Shown here one piece after another: positions 37,836-54,183 of a stretch of DNA of 64,000 nt (within the stretch, counting starts at the first letter, position 1; every line of letters begins with the position of its first letter). Source of the DNA: Octopus sinensis (lineage: Eukaryota); the NCBI RefSeq assembly GCF_006345805.1, contig NC_042998.1, positions 104,284,001 through 104,348,000 on the forward strand. The letters are read 5' to 3'. The position numbers and the translations under genes were made by a program. Under the pieces are notes generated by a model. It saw only the letters and a program-made list of their open reading frames with translations. It ran no database searches and was not told the DNA's origin.

Positions 37836-38544
37836 TAATAATAATAATAATAACAACAACAACAGCAACAACAACAACAACCACAATGGTAAAGAGGAAG
37901 ATTATGATAAGGATAAGGCAGACGATGATGCTGATGATGAGAAGCAGGAGGAGGTGAGGAAGTGGGAGGGAGGGACATTGACAATGACGACGACGATGAT
38001 TATGATGTTTGCAGTGATGTTAGAGCTTGTGCTGATTATGACGTCTGTAATGACAGTGGCTGTCATTCAAAGGCTTAATTCATTTAAAATTAATGCAGCG
38101 TCGGTCGCACAATAAGCATCAAGTTAATTATGTAAGTTTGAGGAGTGTCTTGTATAATAAATGAGTAGGTGGAGCTATACGTAATATATTATGGATATAT
38201 TAATGCAGCTTAATAAAAGAGAAAATGCTAAAAAGTAAGAAAGAAAAAGAGAAAGTTGCGATGATGACGTCATTGTTCATGCCTTAAGTAGCTTAAGTTC
38301 TTTATTTGGACAGAATTAGATTTTGTATGGGGAGAAACCAATCAATTTATGATGCATAAGTTATTTTAGGCGTGAATTAGGATTGACTGTGGCCAAGAGC
38401 AATTAAGCGGAACTAAATTATTATAGTTAGTATAACTACAACCAGCAACAGATAAAGAAAACTATTTTTCTGTATCCCTAGGTCTCAGAACACTGGTCTC
38501 CAGATTTCCAAGCTAACAACGTTTCCTGAACGGAAAGACCAGGT

Positions 38545-38728
38545 ATTTTTTTTCAAGGGAGGAGACAAGCCGAGTATGCCAGCTCCACCACTCGACTACC
38601 ACTTTATTGTATTTTATCGACCCTAAGGGATGAAAAGCAATTTTGACCTTTGTCGGAATTTGGGCTCAGAACATAAAAAGGTGGAGGAAATACAGCTAAG
38701 AATTTTGTCCGACATGCTAACGATTCTC
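38545..38728 (-). mobile_element. SINE family A, degenerate
   Basis: TTTATCGACCCTAAGGGATGAAAAGCAATTTTGACC..CATGCTAACGATTCT is a reverse-complement match to the core and head. Confidence 0.75.
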
Positions 38729-39509
38729 ACGTGTAATTAAATTTTCATATATTTATTGAACTATGTTGTTCGACAGAATATATCTGTAAATTTTATTTTT
38801 AATGAAATCCCAACACAGGATTTGACCGGCTACGCCCTCGTTTTCTAACCAGGGAGATATTGTATAGAGAAACAACGTATTTACCTCTTTTTGTATAAAA
38901 CTTGTGTTGGTTAAAAATATAATTTATAGAGATATTGTTTTGAAGCAATATGTCATACACATATGTTTGTATATATATGTGTGTGTGTGTGTTTGTGCAT
39001 GTGTGTGTGTGTGTGTTATCAGCGCGGTATAGTTAAGCCTTTACTAACAGTCAATTTATAAGAAGAATGCTTATTTGACAGTTAAAGAGGACACTGGTTC
39101 GCTGATGAAATAGCAGCACAGGATCAAAACTAAACTGGTTAACCCCTCTGTTTCTATCTGCAATGATATAGCGTTTCGTGAAAACAAAATCTTGACATCT
39201 GTCTATGGATATAGTATTGTATACACTCTGTAACACAGTATCACAAAGAAACAACACTATCAATAATATGTAATTTAAACACGCTTTTTCTTCCAGAATT
39301 TCCCACACGTTGTCATAATTTAACATAGCAAGATGAAAAACGATTAGTTTCTAAGCGGTCACTGATCTGTTAAAGCAAAAAGAGGTCTAGCGACCAACGC
39401 ATACTATAACATAGCATTTATATTTAGTACCAAGGAAGAAGCATGCACGTAGCTGTTTGATCAGCTAGAATTTGCAGATCCCAACAAACTGTTTTCAATA
39501 ATGGCACCT

Positions 39510-40110
39510 TTTGTAATGTAGTGCAAGAGAGGCTACAAGTAGAAAAGCGTCTGCAAGATTGGAATACCTCTGCATTTATGTATTTTCTGAAGCGGCAGAA
39601 CTGTTTTTAAGCAAGAAGAACTGAAATGCAATGCAATTATTCGAACGGACAGAAACAGCAACTAAATTTTTTCCAATTATACTCTACTGTCTTGAAAATG
39701 TAAATAACAAGTTGAACAATGCAGTCTGTCTTACATGGTTGCAGCATCCTTTCTCAAAATATTTGCTTGATTAGGACTGGTTGGGGGAAATAACAGCGAT
39801 GAGAAAATAATGGATGTTACCAAATATAACTAAGGCGTTGTTTTTATCTAAAGCTCTATTGACTTCAGTCAGAACAAAGATATACATTGTACTGTGACTA
39901 AACTCTTCTGACATCTCACATGTCGGAAATGAATAACAATTGTGTACAGTGCAACATCAATTTATTTTCTGAGACACAAATTCTAAGCTACAATACTTTA
40001 TCTAAGGAAAACATTTCTCTTTCAGTGGCATCATTCACTTTGTCCATACTCTGTACCATCCAACTTCGGCTCCAACTCAATTGTTGCCAAAAACCTTGCG
40101 GAAACGCAAA
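39510..40110 (+). mobile_element. Possible decayed hAT (Buster/Charlie-like) transposase fragment
   Basis: Broken frames give HPFSKYLLD*DWLG, NSDEKIMDVTK, KAL-F-LK and TIQLRLQL, which resemble hAT C-terminal segments. Weak and judged by eye. Confidence 0.3.
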
Positions 40111-40253
40111 ATAAGAGGAATTTTGAAATAAGAAATAGAAAAACAAAATGATGGGATCTAGATATTTTTTATATAATTGTAAAAGAATGATGTTAGGAAA
40201 ACAATAGAAAGGATGAACAAAATGTACAAACATATGGGTACTTCAGAAATAAG

Positions 40254-40350
<97 letters not shown>

Positions 40351-40357
40351 TTGTCTG

Positions 40358-40398
<41 letters not shown>

Positions 40399-40407
40399 TT
40401 GTCTGTC

Positions 40408-40506
<99 letters not shown>

Positions 40507-40527
40507 TTCTATCTGTCTATCTATCTA
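40254..40527. repeat. (TATC)n/(TGTC)n compound microsatellite
   Basis: Direct reading. Confidence 0.95.
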
Positions 40528-41084
40528 TCAAGATATCTAAAATGCACATTTTATTATGTCAAACAAATGTCATTATATTCGAATGTTTATAGCTTTTTTT
40601 TTGTCATCTACATTATACATGACGTCTGTGAGTAGAAATATTATGTTGGTAACGAATATATTGTGATATTCTCAACTAATTTTGCATACTGTTTGCTCAA
40701 CAATGACATCTTTTAAACTTATAGGAAAACGAATGAGACACTCAAGTGAGTGCATAAAGATTAGGAGAGGTGAAGCAGAGAAATCGACAAATATATAAAA
40801 ATAGAAAGGTCTTTATCGCTTCTTTTTGACACTTCTGATAAATCTCAAGGTGTTCTTTGTAAGATGAAGTTGAATATGAGAAGGTGTATTTGTTCGTATT
40901 GGTCGTATTTCTTTAAATTTGCTTTACCTGATCATGTTACCCTGATTGTTTGTTTTCATAATTGTATTGGTATGTTAGTAAGTTCTATAGCTCTTTAACC
41001 TCTTTTTCACTGTCATTCACAAACGTATACACCTACATGTGTGTATGTGTGCATATACTTATGTTATGTTTGTATATGCATATA

Positions 41085-41532
<448 letters not shown>

Positions 41533-41550
41533 TAATAATAATAATAATAA

Positions 41551-42270
41551 AGATGGCTATGGATGACTAAAAGGGATTTAAAACCGAAAGACCAAGAGCA
41601 AGCATTAAGAACCAATTACAAGAAATACGGAATTGACAACACATCAGAAAGTGATAAATGCAGAATTTGTGGACAAAATGATGAAACCGTATAGCATATT
41701 ACCAGTCAGTGTACGCCACTGACCCAGAAAGAAAATAAGAAACGTCATGAAAATATAGGAAGGATTGTCCATTGGACACTTTGCAACATGTATGGACTCG
41801 ACAGAGCATAAAAGAGGTACGAACATAAACTCGAAGGCGTCATCGAAAATGATAACGCAAAGATTCGATGGGATTTTATGATTCAGTGCGACCATGAGAT
41901 AAAGAAGAGTGCTAGTTGAGAAAGGAAGCAAACTATGCTGGATCATAGATATAGCATGTCCAGCTGCCAGAAACTTACACGATAAAGAAGTCGAGATGTA
42001 TGACAGTTTGCTTCGGAGCTTATGACAGGTTGGCTTGGTCGATGAAAAGGGTGTTAATAGTAGCCTTGAAACAGTGAGTAAAAATCTTGAGAAGTACATT
42101 GAACAAATACGGGCTGCAATTAGTGTGGAGCACTTGCAGAAAACAGTACTGCTAGGAACGGCTCGAATACACCGGATGGTGCTCGAAAAATATGAGGTTT
42201 TAACTTAGCTCACTAGTAGTGAACAGCTAATACCGTAGTACATCTCCAGCGTTAGAAGCTGTGTAAAGAC
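41551..42270 (+). mobile_element. R4-type LINE 3' region (lineage V): CCHC plus RLE
   Basis: WLWMTKRDLK..QEQALRTN..DKCRICGQNDETV*HITSQC..KRHENIGRIVHW..WDFMIQCDHEI..IIDIACP..VEHLQKTVLLGTARI. Flanked by (TAA)n and (AAC/AAT)n. Confidence 0.88.
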
Positions 42271-42311
42271 AACAACAACAACAATAATAATAATAATAAC
42301 AATAATAATAA

Positions 42312-42991
42312 TATCTCAACAGGCATGATAGAGCTGCACAATATATTCACTGAGTAATTTGCAAAAGCCTGGACTTGCTCCATGATAAAAACTGGTGGGA
42401 ACACAAACCACCCCCAGTGCTTGAAAATGACAACAACTCACTCCTCTGGAACTTCGCCATTCAAACTGACAGAAAGATAGACGCGAATAGGCCAGAAATC
42501 ATATTGAAAGACATCAGACAAAAAACATGCATCCTCATTGATATGAGTTTCCCAATCGATATAAACGTATCTGTCAAGACCTACCAAAAACTTAGCAAAG
42601 ATAAATATCTTGAAATAGAAATCAAAAAAATGTGGAACCTGAAGACTAAAACAACACCTGTTGTCATAGGTGCACTGGGAATGATAGCAAAAGGGGCTGA
42701 TTGCTACCTAACTCAGATACCAGGAAACCCCAAAATGGCAGAAATTCAAAAGATAGTGCTCATGGGAACTGCTCATATCCTATGCAAAATACTTTCTATT
42801 TAATCTCAAATTTTAAAACAAACATAATTTTTGTATGTTTTTTTAGGCATTCACTAGTACAACACTAAGTACAAAACCAAATATATGGCACCCCAGGCAT
42901 AACACCAACATGAACTTCCAACTTGTTGTCTCTTGAGGTCTCTGGGTGAGACTCGGAGCCAACTTGTACAAATGTAAAGCAAAGGTCAAAC

Positions 42992-42994
<3 letters not shown>
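42312..42994 (+). mobile_element. R4-type LINE 3' region (lineage X): RLE domain plus 3'UTR
   Basis: YLNRHDRAAQYIH*..WWEHKP..WNFAIQTDRKIDANRPEII..LIDM..KLSK..WNLKTKTTPVVIGALG..GTAHILCKILSI* (ORF 42375-42803). (TAA)n on both sides. Confidence 0.92.
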
Positions 42995-43036
<42 letters not shown>

Positions 43037-43133
43037 TAATAATAATATAATAATAATAATAATGATAATGATAATAATAAAAATGATGATGATAACGAAG
43101 TGGCATACAATTACATTTAATTCCTTTATATAC

Positions 43134-43177
<44 letters not shown>

Positions 43178-43200
43178 ATATATATTATATATATATATTA

Positions 43201-43234
<34 letters not shown>

Positions 43235-43659
43235 AAGCTTTACATAGACCTACACATGTTTCAACTGCATCGATTAGCAACCGTTGCACTTGCAACCCTA
43301 CTAAAATACCGGCGTAGTTTATTCAGTATCATGACTTTAATTTCCTTTGATTTAACTGTTTTAAGTTTTTCCTTTATCGACTCAAGTTGTTCGTTAATTT
43401 CGATGCGAACTATCGTCAATTCAAGTTTCGATTGGATAATCACTTATAGCATGTTATTTAAAAAAAATTCTATTGTTTAAATGTTTATTACTCATTTATA
43501 CTAAGCAAAGGAGAATTTTCTCATGTGCACGCATCTTAAATCTAGTTCCTGCCTAGAACTGATCATATTACCCTTAGATGTAGAAATTTGATAAAATTCT
43601 TCTAAACATAAGTCACATTTATTAGTTCTAGGTCTTTAGGTGTGTGTGTGTGTGTTTAT

Positions 43660-43731
<72 letters not shown>

Positions 43732-45030
43732 GCACACACACGCGTCATTTACACGCGAATAATACTGCTCGGTGATATGATTAAAGAGTTTATTTCTATT
43801 GCCTTCACGATTCATTGACTAACATGAGAGGATGGTTCCTTCGCCGCGATCAGATTCAAGGTATTTACTAAAGACTGTCCTCCCCGGGAGATATTTTCTG
43901 ATATGCATGATACAAATGCGTTTTGTATGGATTTGATACTCCGCATTATAAATACTAGTTAAATGTGAATCTTCTGACAGACAAACTTGGAAATACAAGC
44001 ATAGACTACAGATCCAAGCCATCACTGGAACTCTAAAGATCTGTAAAACTTTCCAGAAGTTTATCATTTAAGTATATAAGAGTATGTCTAAATATACAAG
44101 TTTATGCAGGAGAAGACATACATTAAAAAAAGACACAGAAATCTGCACATATACATACATACGTACAAATATACCCAGTTGATGTTGTTGAAATTCCAGT
44201 GAAGGAGCCTTGGATCTAGGTTAGAAATCGGCCCTTCTCTATTGGCAAGAAATCTTGAAATAAAACTGAATAATGACATACATACCTATATACATAGATA
44301 CATGCATACGTACATACGTACGTATGTATAAGATGATTAAAATACACCTGTACATTTATACTAAACATGTTCGTGTGAATTAGAAGTTATAAGTGTGCAT
44401 GTATTTATTCATATTCGTGTATGTATATGAGTCTGTGCCTAAAAGAGTTAGCAAATTTAATCAAGTTACAATACAAACAATTTCTATAGTCGACCGTTTC
44501 AATCTAAGTTGTCGCTTACAACATCACGAATTCTTTTCCCATGATTTTACCCAAATCACATCAATTAACCGATCTGAATGAAATACGATTATGTTCAAAA
44601 CGTATGCCTCAGTCGCAGTACGCAATACGTACGCAATACAAACGAATTGAACCTATAAGAATTTCATGTTGGACCAAACTCACTACGGTGCATTAGCCAT
44701 TTTCAATATCATCAAAAACAAATAAACGAAGTATGACTATGATCTATGTCTAAAGATCTTAGAGACATAGGCAGAATCTCTATTGCTTACACTGTTAAAA
44801 GATCCTCTCGAATACTCGTGTTGTCATAAAAGTAAGTTATACGTAGAGCAATAATGTCTCAACAATACACCGTTGAACAGAATCTAGATCGTGTGTGTGT
44901 TTGTGTTTGTGTACTTCAAGCGTAAACAGTATTTTTTCTCTGAGTTTGTAAACACAGAATTACACAAACAAATATATATTTGAAAACACCCAGTGGTATA
45001 TGTATGTATGTTTGTGTGTGTACATATATA

Positions 45031-45094
<64 letters not shown>

Positions 45095-45126
45095 ATATGT
45101 ATGTATGTATGTATATATATATTATA

Positions 45127-45168
<42 letters not shown>

Positions 45169-45665
45169 TATATATATGCATGTATGCATGTATGTATGTA
45201 TGTATGTATATAGGTATATAGGACTGCGTATGGATGAATATTTATCTATAAATATGTGTGTTTTCGTACGTCATTGTGTATGTGGATCTGTATTTGTGAG
45301 TTGTATATATATATATGTGTGAGTTGAGTGTACATAAAATATACGTAGCCCCAGACTCCCATCAAATATTTTATTGCGTTCTTCTGTGATATCTCCTTTC
45401 GACACAACCAAGTGATAACCTGACAACTTACGTTTCCACCAAAATAAAGCTTTCTCACTCCCTAGAAACAAACAGCACGACATCAGTTCCTTAAGAAAGC
45501 AATTGTCACCCACAGTCACGCATCATTTTCACATGTCCTCCCCTTATTCACTGAATGTCAATGTAGAGTCGAAGTAGTTGTAACTTGAACGTGAGTTAAC
45601 CTTTCAATAAAGAAAGCCTTCTCTACTGTTTAATCGTTTCCTCACTTCGTACTTCGGTTTTGTTC

Positions 45666-45743
<78 letters not shown>

Positions 45744-46237
45744 CATCATCATTATCATTATTATTATTATTGTTATTATTATTATTATTATTATTATCAT
45801 TGTATTTTTTACCGATGAAATTTTTTCTCCTATCTAAATCCCTTCTGGCTTCTTGTTCTCCAGTAAACAATATCCTATTGCTTTTCACTAAGCATCTTCC
45901 TCTTCTTCATTTTTTGGGGTGGGGTGGGTGGGGGTGGAAGGGTACTTTTTTTTTATTGATGTGTGTGTATGTGGGAAACAGACCTCTCCTATTTTAAAAC
46001 TCCAGCCTTTGAAACTCTCGTCAGGTTAGGAGAAAAAACCCAAAAAACAATAATTCACAAAAGTTTTTCCTTTTCTTCGCTTTTACAATTTTTACCATTG
46101 GTCTAGACATTATAAATTCATGATCTGTGCTTCTGTCTGTTCTTTGGTTCATCCAGTCTCTCTCTCCCTTACTATCCCTCTTTGTCCCCTTCTCACTCTA
46201 TATGTATATACATACATGCCAACTGAACATCTATCTA

Positions 46238-46269
<32 letters not shown>

Positions 46270-46342
46270 TCTATTTATCTATCTACCAGTCTTTACACAC
46301 ACACACAACACACACACATACCAGCATATAGGTACATGTGTG

Positions 46343-46381
<39 letters not shown>

Positions 46382-47428
46382 ACACACATGGATATGTGCA
46401 TGCACTGTGCGAAGATATCTGTTCTAACACAATAACAATCAAACGATCAAACCACCCCAGGATAGTGGTTTCAAATATTACACCTCATATCAGATGGATT
46501 TGCAATGGTTTCACTTGCCATCTTGTTTTCACTTGCCATCTTGTTAAGATCAGTGATCATAATTCCTTTCAAAGCTCGTAAAACTGATGAAGGGGAGGTG
46601 AAGAATTTATTTCAAGACTAAAAACATGGTCCAAACGTTTGTAGTAGATCAAACCTTCCTAAAGACACCCAAGGATAGAATGGGGACGTTAAATTGTGCG
46701 ACTGATTGACTCTACTGCTCAACACCGCAAAAAATCACATCGAGATGCTTCAGCTTAGATTCCATCAATACACGCTACACGTATGACTTTAATTGATCCG
46801 AGATTGCTATAGAAGACACAAGACTAAAGTGAAACTCATTGGGATCAATCATGAAACTTCGTAGTTACGGAAAGAAATTCTTAAACACACAGCTATGGCT
46901 ATGCCCAAGACACATTAGGCTGAAAATATGGAGATGCCAATAAATACTATTTAGTCACGTGATTCATCTACTAGCGAAATTTTAACCATTAGGGATGTTG
47001 ATAACGTTATTTAGGCCAACAATAAGTTTTTCCGATCGAGCTGACCCATGATCAAATACACTACAGCCATAATTATTTCGTCATTGTAGTGTTTTTATGC
47101 AATCTGTTTCTGCCCTTCCCTCCTTTATCAAATGTGTATGTTCTTGTTTAACAAGGCGGGGTGTGATGTGAAAACATTTTAGCCTTATAATTGAGCAAGT
47201 CGAGAGATGATGACGATGACGATGATGATGATGTTAGTGATAGCGGTACTTTTGGTGGTGGTGTTAGCGCTGGTGGAGGTATGTAAAAGTTAGTAAAACT
47301 ATGATTAGAAAGAGATTCCTGGTGCGAGAAAAACACAGAAATGAAATGGCCTAACTTTGGATCTGTGGATTTATGGCCGATACTGTGAACTGTGAGTACC
47401 TAATCTAGTAGATTAAAATTAAAACTAC

Positions 47429-47441
47429 AGGTCAAAGGTCA
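47429..47441 (+). promoter_or_regulatory. Perfect DR1 nuclear-receptor motif (candidate only)
   Basis: AGGTCA-A-AGGTCA in unique sequence. No functional evidence. Confidence 0.25.
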
Positions 47442-47492
47442 AATAACTAGCGAGAAAGTTGCACTTATACATATATGTGTCTGTATAAATTA

Positions 47493-47526
<34 letters not shown>

Positions 47527-48243
47527 TAAAAGTATATAGCTATTTATGATTTATAGCTATCTATGTGAGCATATATATATATATATATATATATACACTT
47601 CCATACACACATATATGTATATACATTTGTGTATGTATATATCTATCTATACATGTGTGTATGTGTGCTCGCGTGTGTGTGTATGTGGGGTGCGGTTGGG
47701 GGTGTATTGGGAGAAGAAGCGTCTTTTATAGTAAAGTCGTACTTGTATTATATTCCCTGTTTTAATACTACGAGACAATGAAACAAGGAGAGAGAAAAAA
47801 GTAGAGGTGAAAAATTAAGAAAATAGATACGGGTAGAAGCGAACACAGAAAGGGAATATCACACTGACCTGTCGTAGGGGTGCAATTTTCATAAGGTAAA
47901 AAAAAAAATAATAAATGCATATATATATGTTTATAAATATATCGTATAATATTGCCAAAATGAGTGACGGACAGCTGCGTTTCAAATAGATGGATTGACT
48001 AGGGATTACTGTGAGAAACATTTGTTAAACTTAGAAGTGAGCTTTCCACATATGATGGATGTTTCTCGAGTAAAGAATGCGGCTGTATGAAACACACACA
48101 TGGACATACATACACATCATAAATAGAGGCGCAAACATTCTATCGCATACCGACATGGGCAAGCAAGTAGACCCGCTACTAAATATCCATGCAAGTATAT
48201 GTAAAGCTAACATAAAAAATATACATATACACTTACACATTTA

Positions 48244-48279
<36 letters not shown>

Positions 48280-48419
48280 TATATAATATATATATATATA
48301 TATAATATATATATATATACACACGTATATATATGTATATTTGCAATTATATATGAATATGTGTGTATATATATTTCAATATATTCATACATACATATAT
48401 GTACGCATGCGCTTATATG

Positions 48420-48454
<35 letters not shown>

Positions 48455-48623
48455 CAAATGGATAAGCACACATACACATATACATACATATATATATATA
48501 CATATATATGTAGAAGATTGAGTGCATAGGGATATGCACACATACATATATATAAACACATACATACATTTATATAGACAGACTCACACATGTACACACA
48601 CACATACACACACAAACACATAC

Positions 48624-48690
<67 letters not shown>

Positions 48691-49023
48691 TGTATAGTAT
48701 GAGTGTGTTTGCATGTGTGTGTGCATGAGTATGTATGCGTGTGTATAAAGAGGCATAAAGGGAAACAAAAAGTTAATATTTAGACAGAAAACGTTGTGAA
48801 AGGAGCGAAGTGAGGCGATAATTATATATCTCTGGTCTATAGGTTGGATATTTTCATACATAATAGATACCTTCGTTTATGAATAACTTTGCAGACACAC
48901 GAATACACACCTATAAGCACGACCATAGACGTCTAATGACAACACAAAGCTATATCTATCGACATACCTATCAATCTATCTACTTATATATATATATATA
49001 TATATACACATACATATATATAT

Positions 49024-49077
<54 letters not shown>

Positions 49078-49114
49078 ATATATAATATATATATATTATA
49101 TATATATACATATA

Positions 49115-49150
<36 letters not shown>

Positions 49151-49546
49151 TGTATGTATGCATGAATGTATGTATACGGAGAGAGAGAGAGGGGTGGGGT
49201 CAGTGTGCATATGCACTGACGTATATGTTGTATGTATGTGTACTTAATTGTAATAAATACATGAATGTGTAAGCTCTACAAATTTTGGTGCGGTAAGGAC
49301 AACGTAGAAAGAAAGTTGTGCAATATGCATTATACGGTGGATATGTTTATATATTTAAGCTGATGGCTACAGATTTCACGCGCACGACCACACTCACACA
49401 CACACATACACATTTATGGGAGTGCTTGTATATGTATATATAAATATATGCGTGTGTGAGTCTTTCTGTATTCGTCAGGCTGCTTATAAATTCATGTATG
49501 AATCAGTTAAGTATACTACATTAAAAATGACATATGTGTGTGTGTG

Positions 49547-49588
<42 letters not shown>

Positions 49589-49852
49589 GCATATATATAT
49601 AATACATATATATATATATACATCATATTTATATTTACATATATGTATATATACATACACATATATATGTATATATTATATATATACATATATGCATATA
49701 TATATATATATATATATATATCCGTACATATATACATAGATATAGATATATATATACATACATATGCATATATATATATATATATTATATATATACATAA
49801 ATAAATAAATATATATATACGTATATATATATATACATATATATATACATAC

Positions 49853-49935
<83 letters not shown>

Positions 49936-50451
49936 CATACATATTCACATATATATATACATATATATATATATATGCATACATATATATATATACATAT
50001 ATAGATATAAATACATGTTTATATATGTGTATAGGCATCCACACAACTGAGAAAATATAAGAATGTTTCCATGAGACGCACGTGGGTAAGCTCAGTTATT
50101 TTTAAACATCCGATGAATTATAATAATTACGATATTCTTCGAAATCCCTTCAGCTTTTATTTATTTATTTATTACTTATTTATTTATCATTTTTCGTTTT
50201 TGTTCTTGTATGTCTAAAACTAGATTCTGTTCAACATCCAATGTGATTATTCTATTTCTATCTGCCTGCCATTTCTAAGAGTCTCATAGAATACCTGTCA
50301 GTTCTTTCGGAAATAAATTGCCGCTGCAGAATTGATGTGCTGGAACAAAATGTTTTAGCAATTCATCTCCTATCCGCCCTCTTTTGCATATGTTGATTTC
50401 TATCCCCGTACCGAACAGCTATCTGAACGCCCATGCACTACCCGTTCAGAC

Positions 50452-50568
<117 letters not shown>

Positions 50569-51020
50569 GTACATATAAGCACACGCACGTACACACATAT
50601 ACACTTATCTAAATCGACAAATGCTTAATTAAAGACCACAGAATATTAGGAATTGTAAAGAAATTCAAAGACTACATGCATCATTGGATCATGGAAAGAT
50701 TGTTCGGAGCTATGGAGGCAGTTGATATGCTTGCTTTTAACAATCATATAAAAATAATAATAAAAAAAAAAGACCAGAGATGGAATTCACGAACAAGAAA
50801 ACTTAACTCCCAACTATAAAAAAAAAAGAAAGCATCATTTCAAAATAACAAGAGAACAACTACAAAAAATGACAAAAAATGGTTCAGTAAGACATGACCA
50901 ACAAATGTAGTTGGTCTACAGCAATAAATGGATGTTTAGAATTGTTGTATAGAACAATGGCGGCGCCAGTGAAGCCAACCACGAAAGAAAAACAAAAATA
51001 GCTAAAGTCTCCTTAACTGG

Positions 51021-51052
<32 letters not shown>

Positions 51053-51084
51053 AGTATATGTATATATACATATATATATATATA

Positions 51085-51141
<57 letters not shown>

Positions 51142-51146
51142 TATAA

Positions 51147-51181
<35 letters not shown>

Positions 51182-52871
51182 TATATATATACATATATGT
51201 ATATATATATATACATGTCTTTGTGTAAGTATATATCATATACACACAGCATATATATACGTGAGTGTATATATATATATATATATATATATAATGCACA
51301 ACATAGTGATAATAGAAGAAAAACGAAATATATGTTTTACATATATAAAGCTTTACTGTGTGCCTAAAAATTATGTAAACACATTCTTTGCATGCTTTCG
51401 ATACAAGGGGAAATAAAAGCGAAAAGGGGCATCTTGACGGAATGCTTCATTGTTTGATGATAGTCCCCTGCAGAAGACGTAACCAGCTTCATCCTCTTAT
51501 CAATATCATATGTCGGCTGCATTATAAAGGAATCAAAAATTAGTGGCTAACCTAATTTGTATATATGTGCTTTAGGCGGCTCTTCATTAATTAAGTAATT
51601 GGAATGTATCATAGGTTCTCAGTGTATTTAGTAATAACTTAGTATATATGTAAGTCTTTACAATATTTTATGGCTCTTCTTCCATTTCTCTAATACAAGG
51701 ATTGCCTTGATTACAGCGAACAGCAACAGCTTTATTCTTTTAACTACGCATTGGTTTATTTGTTTAAATGTTGCATGTTTAAACAGCATATACGAGCGTA
51801 ACTCCACATTTTTACTAATGTTATGTTCGCTTTGTATTTTATTTTTCCAGGCGTTACATTCAAGATAAAATGAGAAGTGGCGAAATAATACCATTGATAT
51901 TTGTAATCAGATCGCTGGCGCTGATTGTCATTGGTTCCGATCTTATACGCTTTCCATCTCTATGCTACCCTGTTTATCTATAAGCAGAATAAAAAAATAT
52001 TTTGGCGAATTATAAATAGCTAAGAATGGACAACAAACCACCTGTTATTTTTGTTCTGAGAAACATCGGAAAATGTTCTAAATTTTCAAACAGACGTATC
52101 TATTTGAATATTTAGAGCATTTTTTTAATGTTTCCTTTCCTAATTTAAGAAAGTATGGAGCAATTTGAAGAAAATTTTACAACTATATCTACATCATGCA
52201 GAGAATTTCCATTCTTGTCTCAGTAAATTGTATTATTTTCTCGTCCCAGATTCAATTATATTGGAAAACCTATGAGGGAAGGCTTTCCAGCTGTGACAAC
52301 CTCCACATTTGCATATATTTATTCAACAGAGGCTTCAACCAATGATTCGATTTGTGAGAGTTTTGTCTGATATTTTCTGCTGATTGAATGACAAACTGGT
52401 TTGTTGTGTGTATTAACCAAAGCCAAATATATCTTAGGTGAAAGTGGTTGTTGTTACGAAGAGTTTTTTTGTAATAATTACAGCGCGGATTTTCTATTAA
52501 TTTATGTAAATTTATATATTTCAGACAAATCTAAAACATAAAATAGAAATATAAAATTTTATAAAACGACAGAAAGCTCTTCATATTTGGAAATATGTAA
52601 TTTGGATTGAGATTTTTTCTCTAGCCATTATTTAATACATTTTGTTTTACTAACACTAGATAGATACCTAGTGTTTTACTAGCACTAGATAGATATTTCT
52701 GAAAATTATGAGAAGGTATTTTATAGGTAATTGAAATAAACATTTGAGAGAGTGTTATAGATTGAAAATGTTGAGATTCCAGTTTTCATAATGTTATCAT
52801 TCTTGGAAGAATTACAAATCGAATTTTCTGTAGTTTGAATTAGATAGAATGAGAAATGAGAAAGTATCTGT

Positions 52872-52946
<75 letters not shown>

Positions 52947-53499
52947 AGGAAAATTCACGGAAAAACAAAAGTCGAAGACAAGTGGTGTAGAAAACAAACA
53001 GATGTATTAGTATAAAGCTCGGGAATTGAAAAAGTCTTTAATGTTTCGAGCCTACGCTCTTCTACAGAAAGGAACACAGACGGGAACAAGGAGAGAAAAA
53101 ATCTGTGTAGTGGCTACCGATCTATCATGGCGAATCACACACACACATATATATATACCAGCACGAGGAGCCAAACTTCGAAGTCACATTTACCTAGCAT
53201 TTCTCTTAGATTAAATATTCCAATAATGAGCCCATTATACAGATATGCATACATACATGATGGCTGTGTACTCGTTAGACGAGTGTGACCATCTCTCATA
53301 GTGTTTAAGTGTCAGCAATGCTCGTCGAGTGTTTACGTTGAGTACGGTTTGCCCAACACCAAAATTACTCTCACTCTCCCACTCTCTATCACACACACAG
53401 ACACCCATCAAGAGAGGGTGAGAGACAAAGAAAAATGTATATATATATATATATGTAAATGGTGGGGTTATGCATGCACACATATATACAGACAGACTG

Positions 53500-53531
<32 letters not shown>

Positions 53532-53551
53532 ATATGTATATATAGAGAGAG

Positions 53552-53760
<209 letters not shown>

Positions 53761-53975
53761 GAGTGTCTCAATTATTAACTTTTGGATTATGAAAAAGTTG
53801 GATTGTTGGTATGGCTGTTATGGTATGTGTGGAATAGTTTTATAAAACATCCATTGGATATATGTGTGTGTGTGTATGTGATATATTAGTGCATAAGTGT
53901 ATAAGTGCTGCTTCTCAATTGTGTGTAAGTGTATTTGCATAACTATCTGTGTTTGACGATGTGACTGTGTTTGTA

Positions 53976-54183
53976 AGGCGCGAGCTGGCAGAAACATTAG
54001 CATGCCGGGCGTAATGCTTAGCAGTATTTCGCCTGTTTTTACGTTCTGAATACAAATTCCGCCGAGGTCGACTTTGCCTTTCGGGGTCGATAAATTAAGT
54101 ACCAGTTGCGTACTGGGGTCGATCTAATCGACTGGCATCCTCCCCAAAAATTTCGGGCCTTGTGCCTAGAGTAGAAAAGGATA
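53976..54183 (+). mobile_element. SINE family A, monomeric full-length with 14-bp TSD
   Basis: TSD TGACTGTGTTTGTA at 53962-53975 and 54184-54197. Head AGGCGCGAGCTGGCAGAAAC; tail GTAGAAAAGGATA. Confidence 0.93.

Noticed and set aside
43256-43480. Lys/Glu-rich 60-aa ORF on the minus strand
   Set aside because: Short, with no recognisable motif or splice context.
45984-46032. Minus-strand CTGACGA flanked by a TCTCCTA/TAGGAGA stem
   Set aside because: The GAAA box is absent (GAGT); at most a very old hammerhead relic.
46508-46546. 18-bp tandem duplication TTTCACTTGCCATCTTGT
   Set aside because: Ordinary slippage duplication.
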